Source: Podarcis melisellensis (taxonomy: Eukaryota). From it: a stretch of 64,000 nt of DNA. Each line of letters starts with the position of its first letter. Within the stretch, counting starts at the first letter, position 1. The DNA lies in the NCBI GenBank assembly GCA_964234715.1, contig OZ174284.1, one strand, 5' to 3'. A program made the translations under genes and the position numbers. The notes under the pieces were generated by a model. It was not told where the DNA came from. It saw only the letters and a program-made list of their open reading frames with translations, and made no database searches. Shown piece after piece: positions 40,928 to 55,097 of the stretch.

Positions 40928-41892
40928 TACAAATAAAGAACACAAGCCAGCAATCTACCTAGCATCATAAGTACCTGCAGGAAAAGGAAACTATTCAGTA
41001 AAAACAATTCCAGATGAGGTATTCAAATATTCACAGGAAATCTGAAAAGAAAAAGATCCCACCAAGGGTTAACAGCCAGTCTGCCCTAAGAGAAAAAAGA
41101 ATAATCCTAAATATGGCAATTTGAGTTATTGTGAAAGCAAGCTTGTGCATTAATATTCTCTAATAGACCTTGCCAAGGAAATGAATTGTCCCCATCAAAT
41201 ACCCTCTCTCTACTTCTGGGTGTCTGATTATATCTTGGATGATGACCAGGAAATTTCTGAAAGTTTGGGATTCTTTTTGCACTCAGTACAGCATGGCTAA
41301 ATAGGGTCACTATTTTAAGAACATTTAATTAAAAGATCAAGCCAGCTTTAAGATCAAGGCAACATCATGCCAATTTTAATTATGGGAAATCCTTGTAGTT
41401 GCATAGTAAATCTAAAAAGCAATTTGTGTGCCTGATTCAATAATATTTGTTTCTACCAGCTGGAAATGAAGCTTGTTTACTCAGAAGGAAGTCCTTCTTT
41501 GTTCAGTAGGACTTACTTCAAATCTGCATAGGATTGCAGTCAAAGAGGAGATCAGCTAACATCTTGAAACACAGGAGAAATTCAACATTGTGCTATTGCA
41601 AACATTCCATCAGTGGAAGGATTTCTGCTTTCCCAGTGGAAAAGTCTCTCTTTTTCCTCCTCATAGACGCTGTTCTGGGGCTTCCCACAAACCCCAGCCC
41701 AATTTTAGGGGTGCGGCAGGGTGACAAGAGTGGGAGAAGTCCTTTTATGGGAATTTGCTATTGTTGACAGATAGCTCAATCCAGCTCACAGAAACGTATT
41801 TCCCTATTTTTTCAGAATTTTCCAAATGTTGAAAAAGCTAATTTATATGCGTTTAATGTCACAGTGGTTATATGTCTTTGCTGGTTTTTTAA

Positions 41893-42111
<219 letters not shown>

Positions 42112-42799
42112 TAGCGGCTCAGTAAATTAAAAAAATTCAGTGAATATATTCAACATAAAGTTCCAGAACGTTAGTGTTGCTAGTTTAAAATGAAGGCAAG
42201 GACAGTTGCTGTCATTTCACAGTATGCCTTTGTAATTGTAAAGTGTTATAAATATTTCCAAAGGTGCTATTTTCAGGATTCTCCAATTAAGTCTAAAAGA
42301 GGAATACATATTACTTAGTTGAAATCCTCATATATTATGCTTCCACGTAATCGTATTGGTAAGGATGTGGAAACAGAAGGTCTGTTTTTAATTTTTTAAC
42401 TTAAAGTACCTGACTTGGACAGATTTTGCATATGTGGGACAAAATATGCTCTTTTGATCTCTGCACTAGAATATAGAAGGCAACCACTTTAAAGTGATTC
42501 ATGATTTTTGCAACATCCCACTATATCCAGAAAACTTGTTTCCCTAGATTCATGTGCAAAGTCTAAAGAAATTTATTGGAATACTGTAAATTTGTCTATA
42601 AGCAATGGAATGGGCTATATATATCTTTAGAACTTACATAAGTTGATATTAATGATTACTATTGCAGTTGAGTGTTTCTGAACAGAGGCCTTTACCAAAG
42701 AAACAGTAACTGATTAAAGTACCTCGGTGGACCAAATCTACAATTTTTGTTTCCAAATATATTAAAAACTGTTTAAATATGTTATTTTTCTGTGTTTAG

Positions 42800-42909
42800 G
42801 TTAGACATGCCATTGAAGATGGAACCATTCATCTTTATATCTACTCCATCCAAAACATTCCAAAGGGAACAGAAATAACTATTGCATTCGATTTTGATTA
42901 CGGAAATTG
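42800..42909 (+). CDS. KMT2E: KMT2E coding exon 11 (SET end [36 protein letters not shown])
   Basis: TTTAG| acceptor, TG|GTAAGT donor; 110 nt. Confidence 0.95.
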
Positions 42910-43294
42910 GTAAGTCAGGTTGGGCACCAAATATTAGAGCTGAGTTGTCAGGTATGAAATTGCTTTGTTATTGTTAATCAAGTGGTCTCCATTCTTATAC
43001 ATTTTTAAAGATTACAATAATAGGATGCCATTAAAATGCAGTGGTCTTAAACCCCACAGTTTAACAGAGAATCTGACGTTGCTGTGATATCACATTAGAA
43101 TTGCAGGATCAGACATGTACATGTAACTAGCACATGTACTAGTTATGAATGGTGCTGGTAAGATTATCTTTCCACCGAACATTGCGGAGTTTAATTCAGA
43201 GTAAGCCTACAGAGGATCGGGCTACATAGAAAGCAGTACTGTGCAAATGCTTTTTACAAAGTTTTTTCCATATTTCTCTTTCTTTTTTTTTTAG

Positions 43295-43559
43295 CAAATA
43301 CAAAGTGGACTGTGCTTGTTTGAAAGAAAATCCGGAATGCCCAGTACTTAAGCGAGGCTCTGAACCTACAGAAAACATAAATACTGGATATGATACTAGA
43401 AGAAAAAAGGGCAGAAAAGAGAGAGATGTTTCAAAAGAGAAGGAGACTCAAAACCAGAACATCACCTTGGATTGTGAAGGAGCAGCCACCAAAACAAAGT
43501 TTCCAGACAACAGACAGAGAAAGCTTTCTCCCCTTAGGCTATCAATCTCAAATAATCAG
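43295..43559 (+). CDS. KMT2E: KMT2E coding exon 12 ([20 protein letters not shown]...[12 protein letters not shown])
   Basis: Long T tract, TAG| acceptor, CAG|GTATTC donor; 265 nt. Confidence 0.95.
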
Positions 43560-43916
43560 GTATTCCAGCATATTTAAAATTAAACCCATGACTCTGAAGC
43601 TTCCCATTTCCTTCAGGGTGGTGGTTGGGGCAACTCCCAAGAACACAGATTTTGTGGGCCAAGACGCCGTATGCAAATATAAAACTCCCAGACCTTCAAG
43701 GAACTGCTGGCTTGGGGCATGGGGGTGGGGTTATTTTAACTGGATGGCTTAGTAGAAGGTACCTCATCTTGAATTTTTAAAAATTAACTTGTTGAACAGC
43801 ATCAGAATACTTTTGCAGATCACAAATGTAAGAACATCATGCTGTGCCTTGGGATCCAGGATCTTACCAGGGTTTGTAGGCTGGTAGCATTTATATTTCA
43901 TAGTTCAGATATAACA

Positions 43917-44051
43917 CAGAGGTAGGGAACTGTGGCCCCTCCAAATGATGGACTCCAACTCCCATGAGCCCCAGCCTACACAGCCAGTGGTTAGGGATGG
44001 TGGGAATCATAGTGCAGTAACATCTAGAAGGCCACAAGTTCCCCACTCATG
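43917..44051. mobile_element. Degenerate hAT-like MITE (related copies ~1474-1582 and ~18050-18180)
   Basis: GGGAAC.TGTGGCC / GGCCACAAGTTCCCC inverted ends with internal ACTCCCAT / ATGGTGGGA arms. Confidence 0.6.
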
Positions 44052-45933
44052 ATACAAGCAGCTGTTAAAAAGAAGTAACATTATTTGTGTCACATAGTTC
44101 ATAGGATGTTAACTTTTTTTTAAAAAAAACACATCCTTACAAAGCATTTATTTGTTGGATTGGCAAATGCAGGAGGGATTGTTTACACAGTAATGTTTCT
44201 TTCCTCGCACATGGCTGAAAATTCAGTTCCACCTAAGGAATGGAACAGGAGCATGATGTGTAGGCTGAGGATTAGATGAATTTGAAGCGATCCTTAGTTG
44301 TACTTGTTGCTTTTCCATTTTCTTGGCAAGGCACAGCAAATGATTCCTTACTGATACTGATCTGCAGAGTCGAGTTACCATTGTTTTGGTTAGGGCATAT
44401 CTGCACATATCTATTGAATAGGAGCCGTTCTCTTGCCACATGGATATACTAGCTATTCTGTGGCAGCTGTCAGAGATATTCAGTGTCCCACCTTTTTTTT
44501 AAAAGAAAAAGTTTAGATTGGTTTTTATATTCCATCAAACCCGTTGAAAACAACAAAATCCTTGGGAGACTATGTGCATGCCAGGAAAATCATTCTAGAG
44601 TAAGATCCACTTGACGCTGCATCAATTTTCTTTTTAAGTCATATGTCTAGTGGGACATGAGAGATTTAGTTTCTGTTTTAACATATTTTTTTTCTCCCTC
44701 CATTCCACCCCCAATCTGAGATAGACTAAAGGGGAACATAAAGGGAGCTATTGGGAGCCATGCAGATCAGCGCACAATCTCCCAAGACACCTGAAATCCT
44801 CTTGCCTTTCTTTTAAATGCTACTGATTAAAATGCTGTGGACAGTGATTAAAACTGGGAGGTAAGAGAGGAAGGTGTTTCAACCCACAGTGTGCACTGCT
44901 ACTGAAATGGTCAGAATTCCACAGCATAACACAGCAAAATGAAATTCTGTTTTGGCAGTTGTACTTTTGGGGGGGGGGGAGTTGCACTCAGATATTTTCA
45001 ACTTTTGGGAAGCCCGGTACCTCAATCGCAGAATTGTAATGAAGAGTGGTCATCTGTGCCCCAAGTAATATTCCCGTCAGGAGTATCTTGTATTTGTAAT
45101 CATTTTCTGCACCCTTAAAACATCTAGTAGTTGTGAAAATTGGCTTTACGTGTCTGAAAACCTGCTTTTGAGGGTACGATTCATCACATCAAGTACTTAA
45201 AAACTTTTTTAAAGGATCAAGCAGCTAGTATTATTGACTGCTCTGTGATAAAATAGAAATTTTTCAGTAGGCAATTTTATGCACATACTAGGCATGCAGT
45301 CTTAGACACACTTGGGAGTAAGCCCTACTGGTTTCAGTGGGACTTTACTTCGGAGTAGACAAGTATGGGATTGTACTGTAAAGGAACAAATATTTTAAAA
45401 AACCTAGATTAATAGTGGATTAGCAAAGTTGCATATATATTATTAACTTTGAGGTGATGTTCTAGAACTAACCCAAAGATTGTCAGGCCAATTTTGGAGG
45501 CAAAACTGCCTACATTAAATCCTAGTTTCTTTTTTATTGTTAAAGCAGCTGACAGATTCAGGACACTTGTCTGGCTGTACTAGCTTGCATGTCTTCATAC
45601 AAATTAGTACTAAAACATATTTGGTCATTTCTTTTGTTGGCAAAAAAAGATGCTTTAGTCACTGGATATTTATTTCTAGATGTATGAAAGTTTGAATCGT
45701 TGCTTTTGCATGTTACTGTGGCTAATTGGTTGGCTGCTTTTGCAGTGGTGATGCGAGGCTTTTTATGGTACAATTCTATATACATGTCTACTCAGAAGTA
45801 AGCCCCACTGAATTCAGTAGGACTTGCTCCCAGGTAAGTGAGTATAGAATTGCAGCATAAGTATCATATAGTATTTGGAGTTCCCTCGGTTATAGCAGCA
45901 GTAGTAGTAGAGCTTCTGTAAAGCAGTCATTTC

Positions 45934-46065
45934 NNNNNNNNNNNNNNNNNNNNNNNNNNNNNNNNNNNNNNNNNNNNNNNNNNNNNNNNNNNNNNNNNNN
46001 NNNNNNNNNNNNNNNNNNNNNNNNNNNNNNNNNNNNNNNNNNNNNNNNNNNNNNNNNNNNNNNNN
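45934..46065. other. Assembly gap (132 N)
   Basis: Run of n. Confidence 1.
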
Positions 46066-46389
46066 CTTAAAGCTGTCACTACAGATTGGTGACAGCTGCT
46101 CTTCCCATGCTAATCGTTGCTGCCTCTCTTAGGTGTTTAGTGTTTGAGAATATTTGAAATCTGCTCCTGATACATGCTAACAATATCTAAAACTTGAGCC
46201 TGTGTGTTTCTATTTTTGGCTTGAGTGTTACTTTCTGAAAAAGGGCTGTGTGTGTGTGCGTGTGTGTGTTTGCGTGCGCTTTCTTGGGAGTTTACATATT
46301 CTTGATTTTGCGCTGCTGAAGTCTTGTTGCAGATCAAAGAATGAACTTTCTCTACCTTGAGATAAGATAAAATCCCAGTATTTTCTGGG

Positions 46390-46478
46390 GGTTAGGGTTA
46401 GGGGGCGCAAATCCACGGGTTAGGGGGCGCAAATTACTTGCCTTGCCCCGGGTGCTGACAACCCATGCTACACCACTG
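46390..46478 (-). mobile_element. One end of the same hAT family as 5036-5145
   Basis: Reverse complement matches CAGTGG(C/T)GTAGC..GGGTTGTCAGCACCCGGGGCAAGGCAAGTAATTTGC; the other end is not seen (possibly toward or in the gap). Confidence 0.8.
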
Positions 46479-46999
46479 TCCTGACGTAATGAAATATGAG
46501 GGTCGACTGAGCAGTTGAGAAAGTCTGGAGGAAGACATAACTGTTCACAGAATTAGCACAAAGCGAGCTGCTGATGCACCTCCTATTCCCCCCCCCCCCT
46601 TAATTTCATTGTTTTGCTGCTACTAATGTGGAGACAGCACACCTCTCTCTCCTCTGTTCCCCACTCTGAGGTCGGGTGTTCCTCCTTGGCAGGTGGCACT
46701 CTGGGAAAGGTGGCCTAGGAGAATGACTACATGCTGCCACTTTTCTACATGATCACATGCTGTAATTGGTTACATGTCTAGCCACCCCATTATCTCAGGC
46801 CACTGCTCCCAGAATGCCTTGCTCTGAGGAACGACACCTCCCCTTTCCTTCCTAAGGGATGCAGGAAGGAGAAGGAGCTGTGCTGCTGCTGGGATAGCAT
46901 CCATAAAACATCTTCATTTGGTAAATCTTCCTTTGGTAATCTTGCTTCTGCTCAGGGAAATAATTAACTGCATCAGCTTTAATTTTAATTTTTAACGTT

Positions 47000-47565
47000 T
47001 TTCCAGTTTTCCATTACACATCATGTTTTCCTATCATACATTGTTTCTGTACAGACTTCCCAACCTAACACTCCAATGCATTCTAGATATACCTTGTTTT
47101 TTTCTGCCTATCAGTGACTTTACCCCTTTCTCTTTCATTCCTTGGTTGGAGTTAGCTGTTGCTCATAAGGTTCCCGCTTCTTGGAATTTTATTTTGGTAT
47201 CATATCTTTTTAAATACTCCCCAAAGCCTTCTCACTTGCCCTTAGTCTGTTTGTTGTTCTGGTTCCTTATTTTGGGTGTCATGTTTTCTAATTCTGCAAA
47301 TTCTGTCAATTTATGCAGCCGTTGTTTTTTCGTAGGAATTCCTCTTTCTTTCCAATTTCTAGCATATACTATTCTGGCTGCTGTTGCATAACACAATAGA
47401 TTACGTGCCTTCATTGGTATGTCTTCGCCAGTTATAGCCAATAAGAAGGCTTCAGGTTTTGGGTGGAATGTAAATTTGAAGATCTTTTTTATCTCATAGA
47501 CCATCTCCCAATATTCTTGGGTGTGTTTACACAACCACCACATGTGTGTAAAAGATCCCTCTACT
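47000..47565 (-). mobile_element. L1-type LINE ORF2 C-terminus and 3'UTR, antisense
   Basis: Minus ORF 47232..47543 (H)MWWLC...PEAFLL...YATAARIVYARNWK resembles the L1 ORF2 region after the zinc knuckle. Confidence 0.75.
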
Positions 47566-50339
47566 GCATCAGCTTTAAAGATCTGTCAGTTAAGTTTGTG
47601 TAGGAATATATATGGGTGAGGGTGGTTATTACCAATCGCCAAAGTCACTTGCACAACAGTTTTGAGCTAGCACACAAACTAGTAGTTTGATAATTTAATG
47701 ATGTTTCTGTTCTGTTGGCAGTTTCCTTGAGTGAGGAGGCCTCATTTTTTAGGTCTCTGGAAAGAGAGGCTTATAATGTAATATACGAAGGGACGTTAAT
47801 AGGAATTGCAAAAGTGTGAACGCCGCTGGGTGTTATGTGGGTCTTTCATTATTCCATTATTCTTATGACCAGAGTGCATGGCATCTGATTGCAGGGTAGT
47901 GCCATGTTTCTGATGAAAGTTCATACTGCCTATACTAGGATGTTATATTCACCTGTGACATCAGCATTTATTTTATGCTGTATCTTGATTATGTTAAATT
48001 GATTCATATACTACCTTTTCTAGAAGTTCTAGCTTCTGAGTTATCTTTTAATATACCATTAATATTTAAAGGATTCCTTGTCATAAGGAAAAATACTGGT
48101 GCTAAGAAAAACTTGTGATGAAAGTAGCCTGTTTTCTCTATGTTTCAGTCGCACAAGGATTAAAAACAGTAGGCAAATCTTGGGTCTTCAACTGCTTTGT
48201 GCAACAGAAGATAATACATGCTATAACCCTTTTTTTTAATGTCCCACCAAGTTCCAGTTAATCATTTTCACCTGTATAAGGGTGAAGAGGGATCATGTTC
48301 TGTGATGAAATTTTTGGTCTTATATGGAGGAGTGGTATTATGAATAGGCCAGATGCAATTTAAGGGGAGTAAGTTAGGAAGTCCTCCACCTTTATCGGTG
48401 AAAAGCTATGAAAATCATGTTACTACCAAGCATGACACAGAATTTCCAGTTATAGTACCTTTATATAATGCATCTATTATCTGGAAATGAATTGGGAGCC
48501 CTAAAGGGCACAGCATAGCCTTGTAACAAAGTGATGAAACAGAACCAGTGTTATCCTTCACCACTGGAGAAATGGGAGCCCTGACTGCAGAATGCGAGAA
48601 TGCAAACACTGTGAGGTAGTAGGTAAACTCTGTTATCTTAAGTTGTGACCTGTCTCTCTAGTCTAGAGAAATAGAGCAGACTTGGCTAGTTCTTCTCCCT
48701 GTAGCTAGGTGTGCCAGCTGCATAGCTTAGCTGCCTTGACTATTAACAATTGGAAGGTACTTGCTGATAAATTTCAAAGTGAGATGGGGGCACACAACAC
48801 TTCCTAGCTTGCTAGGACAAAGAAACAAAAGTGTTAAGGCAACTTTTGTACCTGAGGCCGATACTTCCTCGGCTTCATGCAGTGACGTGTAAGAACTGCT
48901 TCCTGGAACTTTTAAGACCGTTCTTAGCAGGTACAGATCCCGCCGATCTTGGTGGAGATCTTTGCAATTCTGTCGGTATAAAACCACATAGAAATATTGC
49001 TGAAGTAAAGTGTTTTGACACACACACTCCTGAGGCTCTGTTGAGGGTGCACGGGGCCTGTTCCTGTGTGTGGTCCCTAGTTACAGTGGAAATTTTGTTT
49101 GATTCCTTGTAGTGTGATGCCATCTCTCCCAGGAACATATGCCACTGCTTCTCATCACTTGAAAGATCCCTGGTAGTTCAGCGATGATTTACTTTCATTT
49201 TTCCCTTCCCTTCACTTTGTTGTCTTATGAAAGAGTGGTGAAAGAGTGATAAGTTAAGAGCAAAGACTCATTAAAATTGGATCCATGAATGCAGGGATCT
49301 GGTGAGTTATTGGTGATGCATAAAGTGCCCGTTGGAGGTCCCCTGGCTTACATAATCAAATAATAGTTTGAATAATATTGTTCATTCTTAAGACTACTAA
49401 AAAAACATGGTAAAGTCAATATAATGGATAAAAAAATGGAATGCTTTGTCATATTAGATGGCACTTAAATAGAAATTGGGATGATAAGGTTTTCTGGAAC
49501 AAAATTGATTTTTACACATGAATAGAGAACAGCCAGTGCACTAAAATGCTCCTTATCACCATGCATTACTTTTTACCATTTTGAGGAACAGAAGTTGGCA
49601 TTTTGACTGGGCACCTTATGCCTTACTAACATGTGAAAACGTTGCTTAGCAGGTTTAAATGAATGCATTTCTCATGCTCTTAAGAAGTCTAAACCCCAGT
49701 ATCCCACCATCACAAATTAATGTTGTTTGTCTGTGCAGGCTCTGGTACACTCAGCAGAATTTGACGAGGAGCAAAATTACACTTTGTTAGCTGTAAATTA
49801 TAAATAGGTGTTTATAAAATAGTGTATTTTTTTAAAAAAATCATGGAAAGATGCTTTTTCATTCAACACAGGTTCAAACGGGAAGATAGCAATATACTGA
49901 TTTAAAATTGGGTGCAATATAGTTTTAAAACGACATTTTTCATATAGACATGCACAGAAAATGTACATCATATACTTTCATTACATCTTATTCTGTTAAA
50001 AACATTAATAAGCTTATAGTATTTTAATTCTAGTTGATATTCTTCTTTCTGTACCGTATAAGGAATTGACTGAAATTTATGAGTAAATATGGTGCTTGCA
50101 CTAATACATAGCTGTTTATTGTAGCTAATTTGTTTTCTTTTGCTCCAAGTTAAAAAAAACCACAGTGCCGTGCCTGCGTGTCAAACATCAGTATATAAGC
50201 TGGTATATAATAATAGTGCTGATCCTGTAACTTGTTTTGGCCGTTGTGCAGAAACAGTTGGAACATGGCTAAGTTTTATGTACTTTTATTTTATCTTCAG
50301 CATGCATTGCTTAAAAATTAATGTTGCTTAATTCTTCAG

Positions 50340-50504
50340 ACCAGAGAAGAACGGAAAATGGAAGCCATTCTTCAAGCTTTTGCCAGGCTAGAAAAAAGAG
50401 AGAAAAGAAGAGAGCAGGCTTTGGAAAGAATTAGTACAGCTAAAACTGAAATTAAACCTGAATGCAAGGAAACGCAGATCATCAACGAAACAGAATTTGT
50501 ACAG
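50340..50504 (+). CDS. KMT2E: KMT2E coding exon ([35 protein letters not shown]...EFVQ)
   Basis: TTCAG| acceptor, CAG|GTAGTG donor; 165 nt. Confidence 0.95.
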
Positions 50505-50917
50505 GTAGTGACATATAACTTTATTAAGTTTAAGCTGACTTGAAAGATTAAGCTTTTCTGTTATGTGTTTATGTTTGGGCAACACTTTGCTGCTATATGT
50601 TACTGAGCAGCTTTCTTTCACATCATCAAGGCTTTGTGTTGACCCAAAAGAGTGCCTTCAAAATCCCTTATAAAACTCCAGACTTCTGAAATGGTACTTG
50701 GAACAATGTGCATATTGTTAAAAGAAGACTGTCATTATGTGATACCAAAGTTGCCTCATCCATTGCTGAAAATGAATATTTTGGGATAGGGGGAAATCAC
50801 ATTAGAAATCACTTTCAAATATGTACTTACTATTGGAAAAATTACATAGCGGTTATTCTTTCTAGCTATACAAGGTATGCAGTTTATCTGACGTTGGTGT
50901 TTCATGCATTTTACAAG

Positions 50918-51226
50918 GAACCAGCAAAAGAGGAAACTGCCACTAAGCCAACCCCTGCCAAAGTCAGTAGGACAAAACAGAGAAAAAGTTTCTCTCGGAG
51001 CAGAACTCATATCGGACAGCAGCGGAGAAGGCACAGAACTGTTAGCATGTGTTCAGATATTCAACCATCCTCTCCTGATGTGGAAGTTAGTTCACAGCAC
51101 AATGAGCCGGAAAACACTGCACTTTCAGCTGAGCCTGAAACGGAGACAACTGTTCCTGAAATAGTTCCTGAACCAGAACCCCCAGCACTTAACAAATGCC
51201 CTACTAAATATCCTAAAACAAAAAAG
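50918..51226 (+). CDS. KMT2E: KMT2E coding exon ([15 protein letters not shown]...[11 protein letters not shown])
   Basis: TTACAAG| acceptor, AAG|GTAAAT donor; 309 nt. Confidence 0.94.
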
Positions 51227-53967
51227 GTAAATGTATTTCTAAGCTTAAACTGATACTTTCATTTGCGTATTAAATGTCTGCTGTGATGTTCTTTGCAAAG
51301 CAGCTCAGGGCAGCATTTAAGCAGGAATATACTGGTTATCAGCTCTGTTTTGGGATGAGGAGGAGGAGGGAGTGGCAATGGTTTCTTGTTTGAGCAAGCG
51401 CAGTAATGCAGGGGTACCACAAGAAGACCTTGTATGGTTCTGAGATGCATTATTTAAAGAAGGCAAGCGTGCTTTCTTCCTCTTGTACACTCACTTCCCC
51501 TAGGAAAAATAGGGAGGAACCTGGATACTAGAAGGTAGAAGATGAGACTGAGTCTCTGGTAGGAAACCTTGGGTAAGGATCAGGGGCCCCTGTTAACAGG
51601 AGGGGGCCCCCACCCCCCCATCCAAGACACCAGAATGCCATCATGAGATGGGTAAATAGGGAGAGGTGCAAGACAATGGAAAGACCTCAAAAAAGCAACA
51701 AAATATGTTAAGGTAGGTCTTCACAAAGGCCCAAGAAACATAAGTGAAGACCTCTGGGTGGTGGGACTACTCCATCTCCAATGCTTTTGGGTAGGGAATG
51801 CTGACTAAATTTTTGAAGTCAGAAAATGAAGGGAAGGCTAAAAGGTCTCCGTAATTCCTCATACCTCCCAGGAGTTACCCTCCTATCTAGGAGAAGTGAA
51901 TGCAATGACTTTCAGGGTAGGGAGGATCACAACACTGAATTATTGCACCTTAAGGGGCATGCGTCATGATTTGAGTGTCTGTCTGCAAGCAGGAACAGTT
52001 GACATCTCTTATTTTGTCCTATAGGATGCATCTCCTGTGAGGAGTCCTAGGTCTGGAGTTTGCCTTCCACTGAGAGGGAGAAAACACAGCATAGGCCTCC
52101 CTGTGAAGATATTGAAAGAGTTCATGTTAGGCTTTTTCTGTGAAACCGTAGGCCATGGCATGGTTAACAGTCAGTAGTTTTCTTGGGTTGGGTTTGCTTT
52201 CAGTTGCTGCTAGCTTGGAAGGAAATAGTGATCTAGGTGTCACAGAAATAGAGCCAGTGCAGTAGTCATTGTTCTTCAGCGCTTCTTTTCCACTAAGTAG
52301 AAACAAAATCCTAAAAAAGGAAATGAAAGTTTGTGGCCATCTTTTAACTGCGGGATTGCTCCAGTTCAGTGCATGCAGCGCATCTATGGAGGGGTTTCTA
52401 TCGTAGTCTGGTTTCCCTCTTCCTCTGTGGTACATATGCATGGATGTTCAGCATACCTGAGCATTCCGGGAAGCCTATATCCCAGTCCAGCCTCTCCCTT
52501 CTCAATTCATTCAGGGAACACATTCCTTGCAGCTCACATTCCTTGACCAGAAGGATGGGAAGGGCTGGACACAAATTTGTGAGGTATGTCTCCCATTCCC
52601 TATAATGGCCGGGCATATTCTTTTGTGTGCATGCCACCAGCTGTAGATTTATTGTTTGTTATATTTTTATTTTTATCCTGCCTTTCTGTGTAAGGCAACT
52701 AACAAAAACAAAACTGTTAAATGAAGTGAATGCAGCACAACAGCACAGCAATATTAAATAATGCAATATTACCAGTAAATAATAGGTAAGGATTCTGCCA
52801 TAGCACCAGAGGCTCTCTGAATTAAGAGGGGGCTTTCATCAGAAGACCAGAGAGAAATAGGCAGGCTTCTCAAGGAGAGAGTTCTAGAGCCCGGAGTAAC
52901 AACCGGGAAATATGTTTCTGATGTTTACAACAGCAGCTACATACAGAGAGCATGTCACAGTAGCCCAGTGTGGATATTAACAAGGCTTGAGTAATGTAAA
53001 TGGAAAGGGTGGTCTATTCCTGGTCACTGCTGCCACCTGAACAGCTCCAGGAAACTCCCGTTTTTAAATTCAAACTTTTCTTAAGATAACGAAATTGATT
53101 GGAACTTCAAGAGAGGACAGGCTGCTTGATCCGGCTCAAACAGTCCAATCCTGTTCACATTTACACAGAAATAAGTCTCACTGAATTAAGAGTGTGCTTT
53201 AGGTTGCTACCTCAGTGAGCAAAGAATGGCTGGGCTTGTGTGTGGTAAAAATGGTGACACCCATTAGAAAAAAACATAAGGGAAGGCTTATTCTACAAGA
53301 ACACCCCGCCATCCTGCATGCATTTAGACAGAAAAACTTAGGAACGAGTAAATTAAAAAGGATTGCTGATGCTTGTAGTACACACATCACTTAGTTTAAG
53401 AATGCAGGTTGTTTCTCAGTAGCATTAGCAAAAAAAGCTGACATCAGCCTCGCTGACTACAACTTTTAAACAGTGGCATTTTACCACAAATTTACCACTT
53501 TCTAGGATTTGACAGCAAATCAGCTCTTACCGTCTAGTATATTTTACCTTGACACAGCAGCCATGTCTACACAATTAAATGCTGGTTTAATAAGTCAGAA
53601 TACGTATGAGCTCTGTGTACCCACTCACAATTCTTTCCTGTGAGCAGGGAAACAAGCCAGGAACCCCCAGTTTCCCCATTCGATCAGGAATTAAGGTTAA
53701 TGGCTTTCAAACAAGCTCTGATGCAAAGCCATGGGTTTAAAGTGGCTTACAAACTTGCTTGTTTAGAAGTCATTAACCTGATTGTGCAAACCTGGTCAGT
53801 TACCTGGATTACCAGTGAACCTATAAACGGTGTATCTGTGTGCAGTTACAGCTTCATTAGTTACCATAGTATTTGCACTCTCCCATAGTACTGAACATGG
53901 TCTTAATGTACAGTTGATAACTACCTTCAGCAGAAGGGCTATGTTGACTTTTCCCTTTTCTGTTTAG

Positions 53968-54249
<282 letters not shown>

Positions 54250-54360
54250 TGATATTAAGACAAATAGCTAATTCTTAAACCTTGTAAAATATCTACAGAC
54301 TTGATAAGGCGGGTGGCTACTGGTGAAAGGCTTTTGCATAGTGCTACCTATTCATTAGGA

Positions 54361-54707
54361 GGGACGCGGGTGGCGCTGTGGGTTAAACCACAGAGCCTAG
54401 GGCTTGCTGATCAGAAGGTCGGTGGTTCGAATCCCCGCGACGGGGTGAGCTCCCGTTGCTCGGTCCCTGCTCCTGCCAATCTAGCAGTTCGAAAGCACCA
54501 AGTGTAAGTAGATTAATAGGTACCACTACAGTGTGAAGGTAAACAGCGTTTCCGTACGCTGCTCTGGTTCACCAGAAGTGGCTTAATCATGCTGGCCACA
54601 TGACCCGGAAGCTGTACGCCGGCTCCCTCGGCCAATAAAGCGAGATGAGCGCCACAACCGCCGAGTCGTCCATGACTGGACCTAACGGTCAGGGGTCCCT
54701 TTACCTT
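54361..54707 (+). mobile_element. Sauria SINE, young copy
   Basis: GGGACGCGGGTGGCGCTGTGGG head, CpGs retained; TSD TACCTATTCATT. Confidence 0.92.
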
Positions 54708-54952
54708 TACCTATTCATTTTGTCATCAAATAAAGACCTTATTTTCCATGAACTGTTAAATAACGACTTAGTCCACTTTTTGTTCCCCTTGTAAAAGTTT
54801 ATGCTGTCATGTCTTATATTATTTTGTAAAACAGACTATTGAGTTTTTTAAAAAATTGCACATGGCCTGGAAATGATTTAAATCAATAATTATAATGGAT
54901 CTCACTTGGCACCCACGGACTAGAGTTTAATTATATTCTTTTTCCTGCCCAG

Positions 54953-55097
54953 CGTTGGTTGAAGCAAGCTCTGGAAGAAGAAAACACAACAGTTGTAGAT
55001 AGGTTTAATTCACCATCTCATGAAAGATCTAGAAGTCCCACAGTCAATGGTGAAAGTAGAAGTCCCTTGTTATTAAATGACAGTTGTTCTTTATCAG
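54953..55097 (+). CDS. KMT2E: KMT2E coding exon ([11 protein letters not shown]...[10 protein letters not shown])
   Basis: CCCAG| acceptor, CAG|GTAAGG donor; 145 nt. Confidence 0.95.

Noticed and set aside
48350-49340. Possible decayed DIRS/LTR retroelement (also 51480-52620)
   Set aside because: Only faint resemblance to tyrosine-recombinase motifs; no terminal repeats or convincing translation, so it cannot be supported without a Dfam search.
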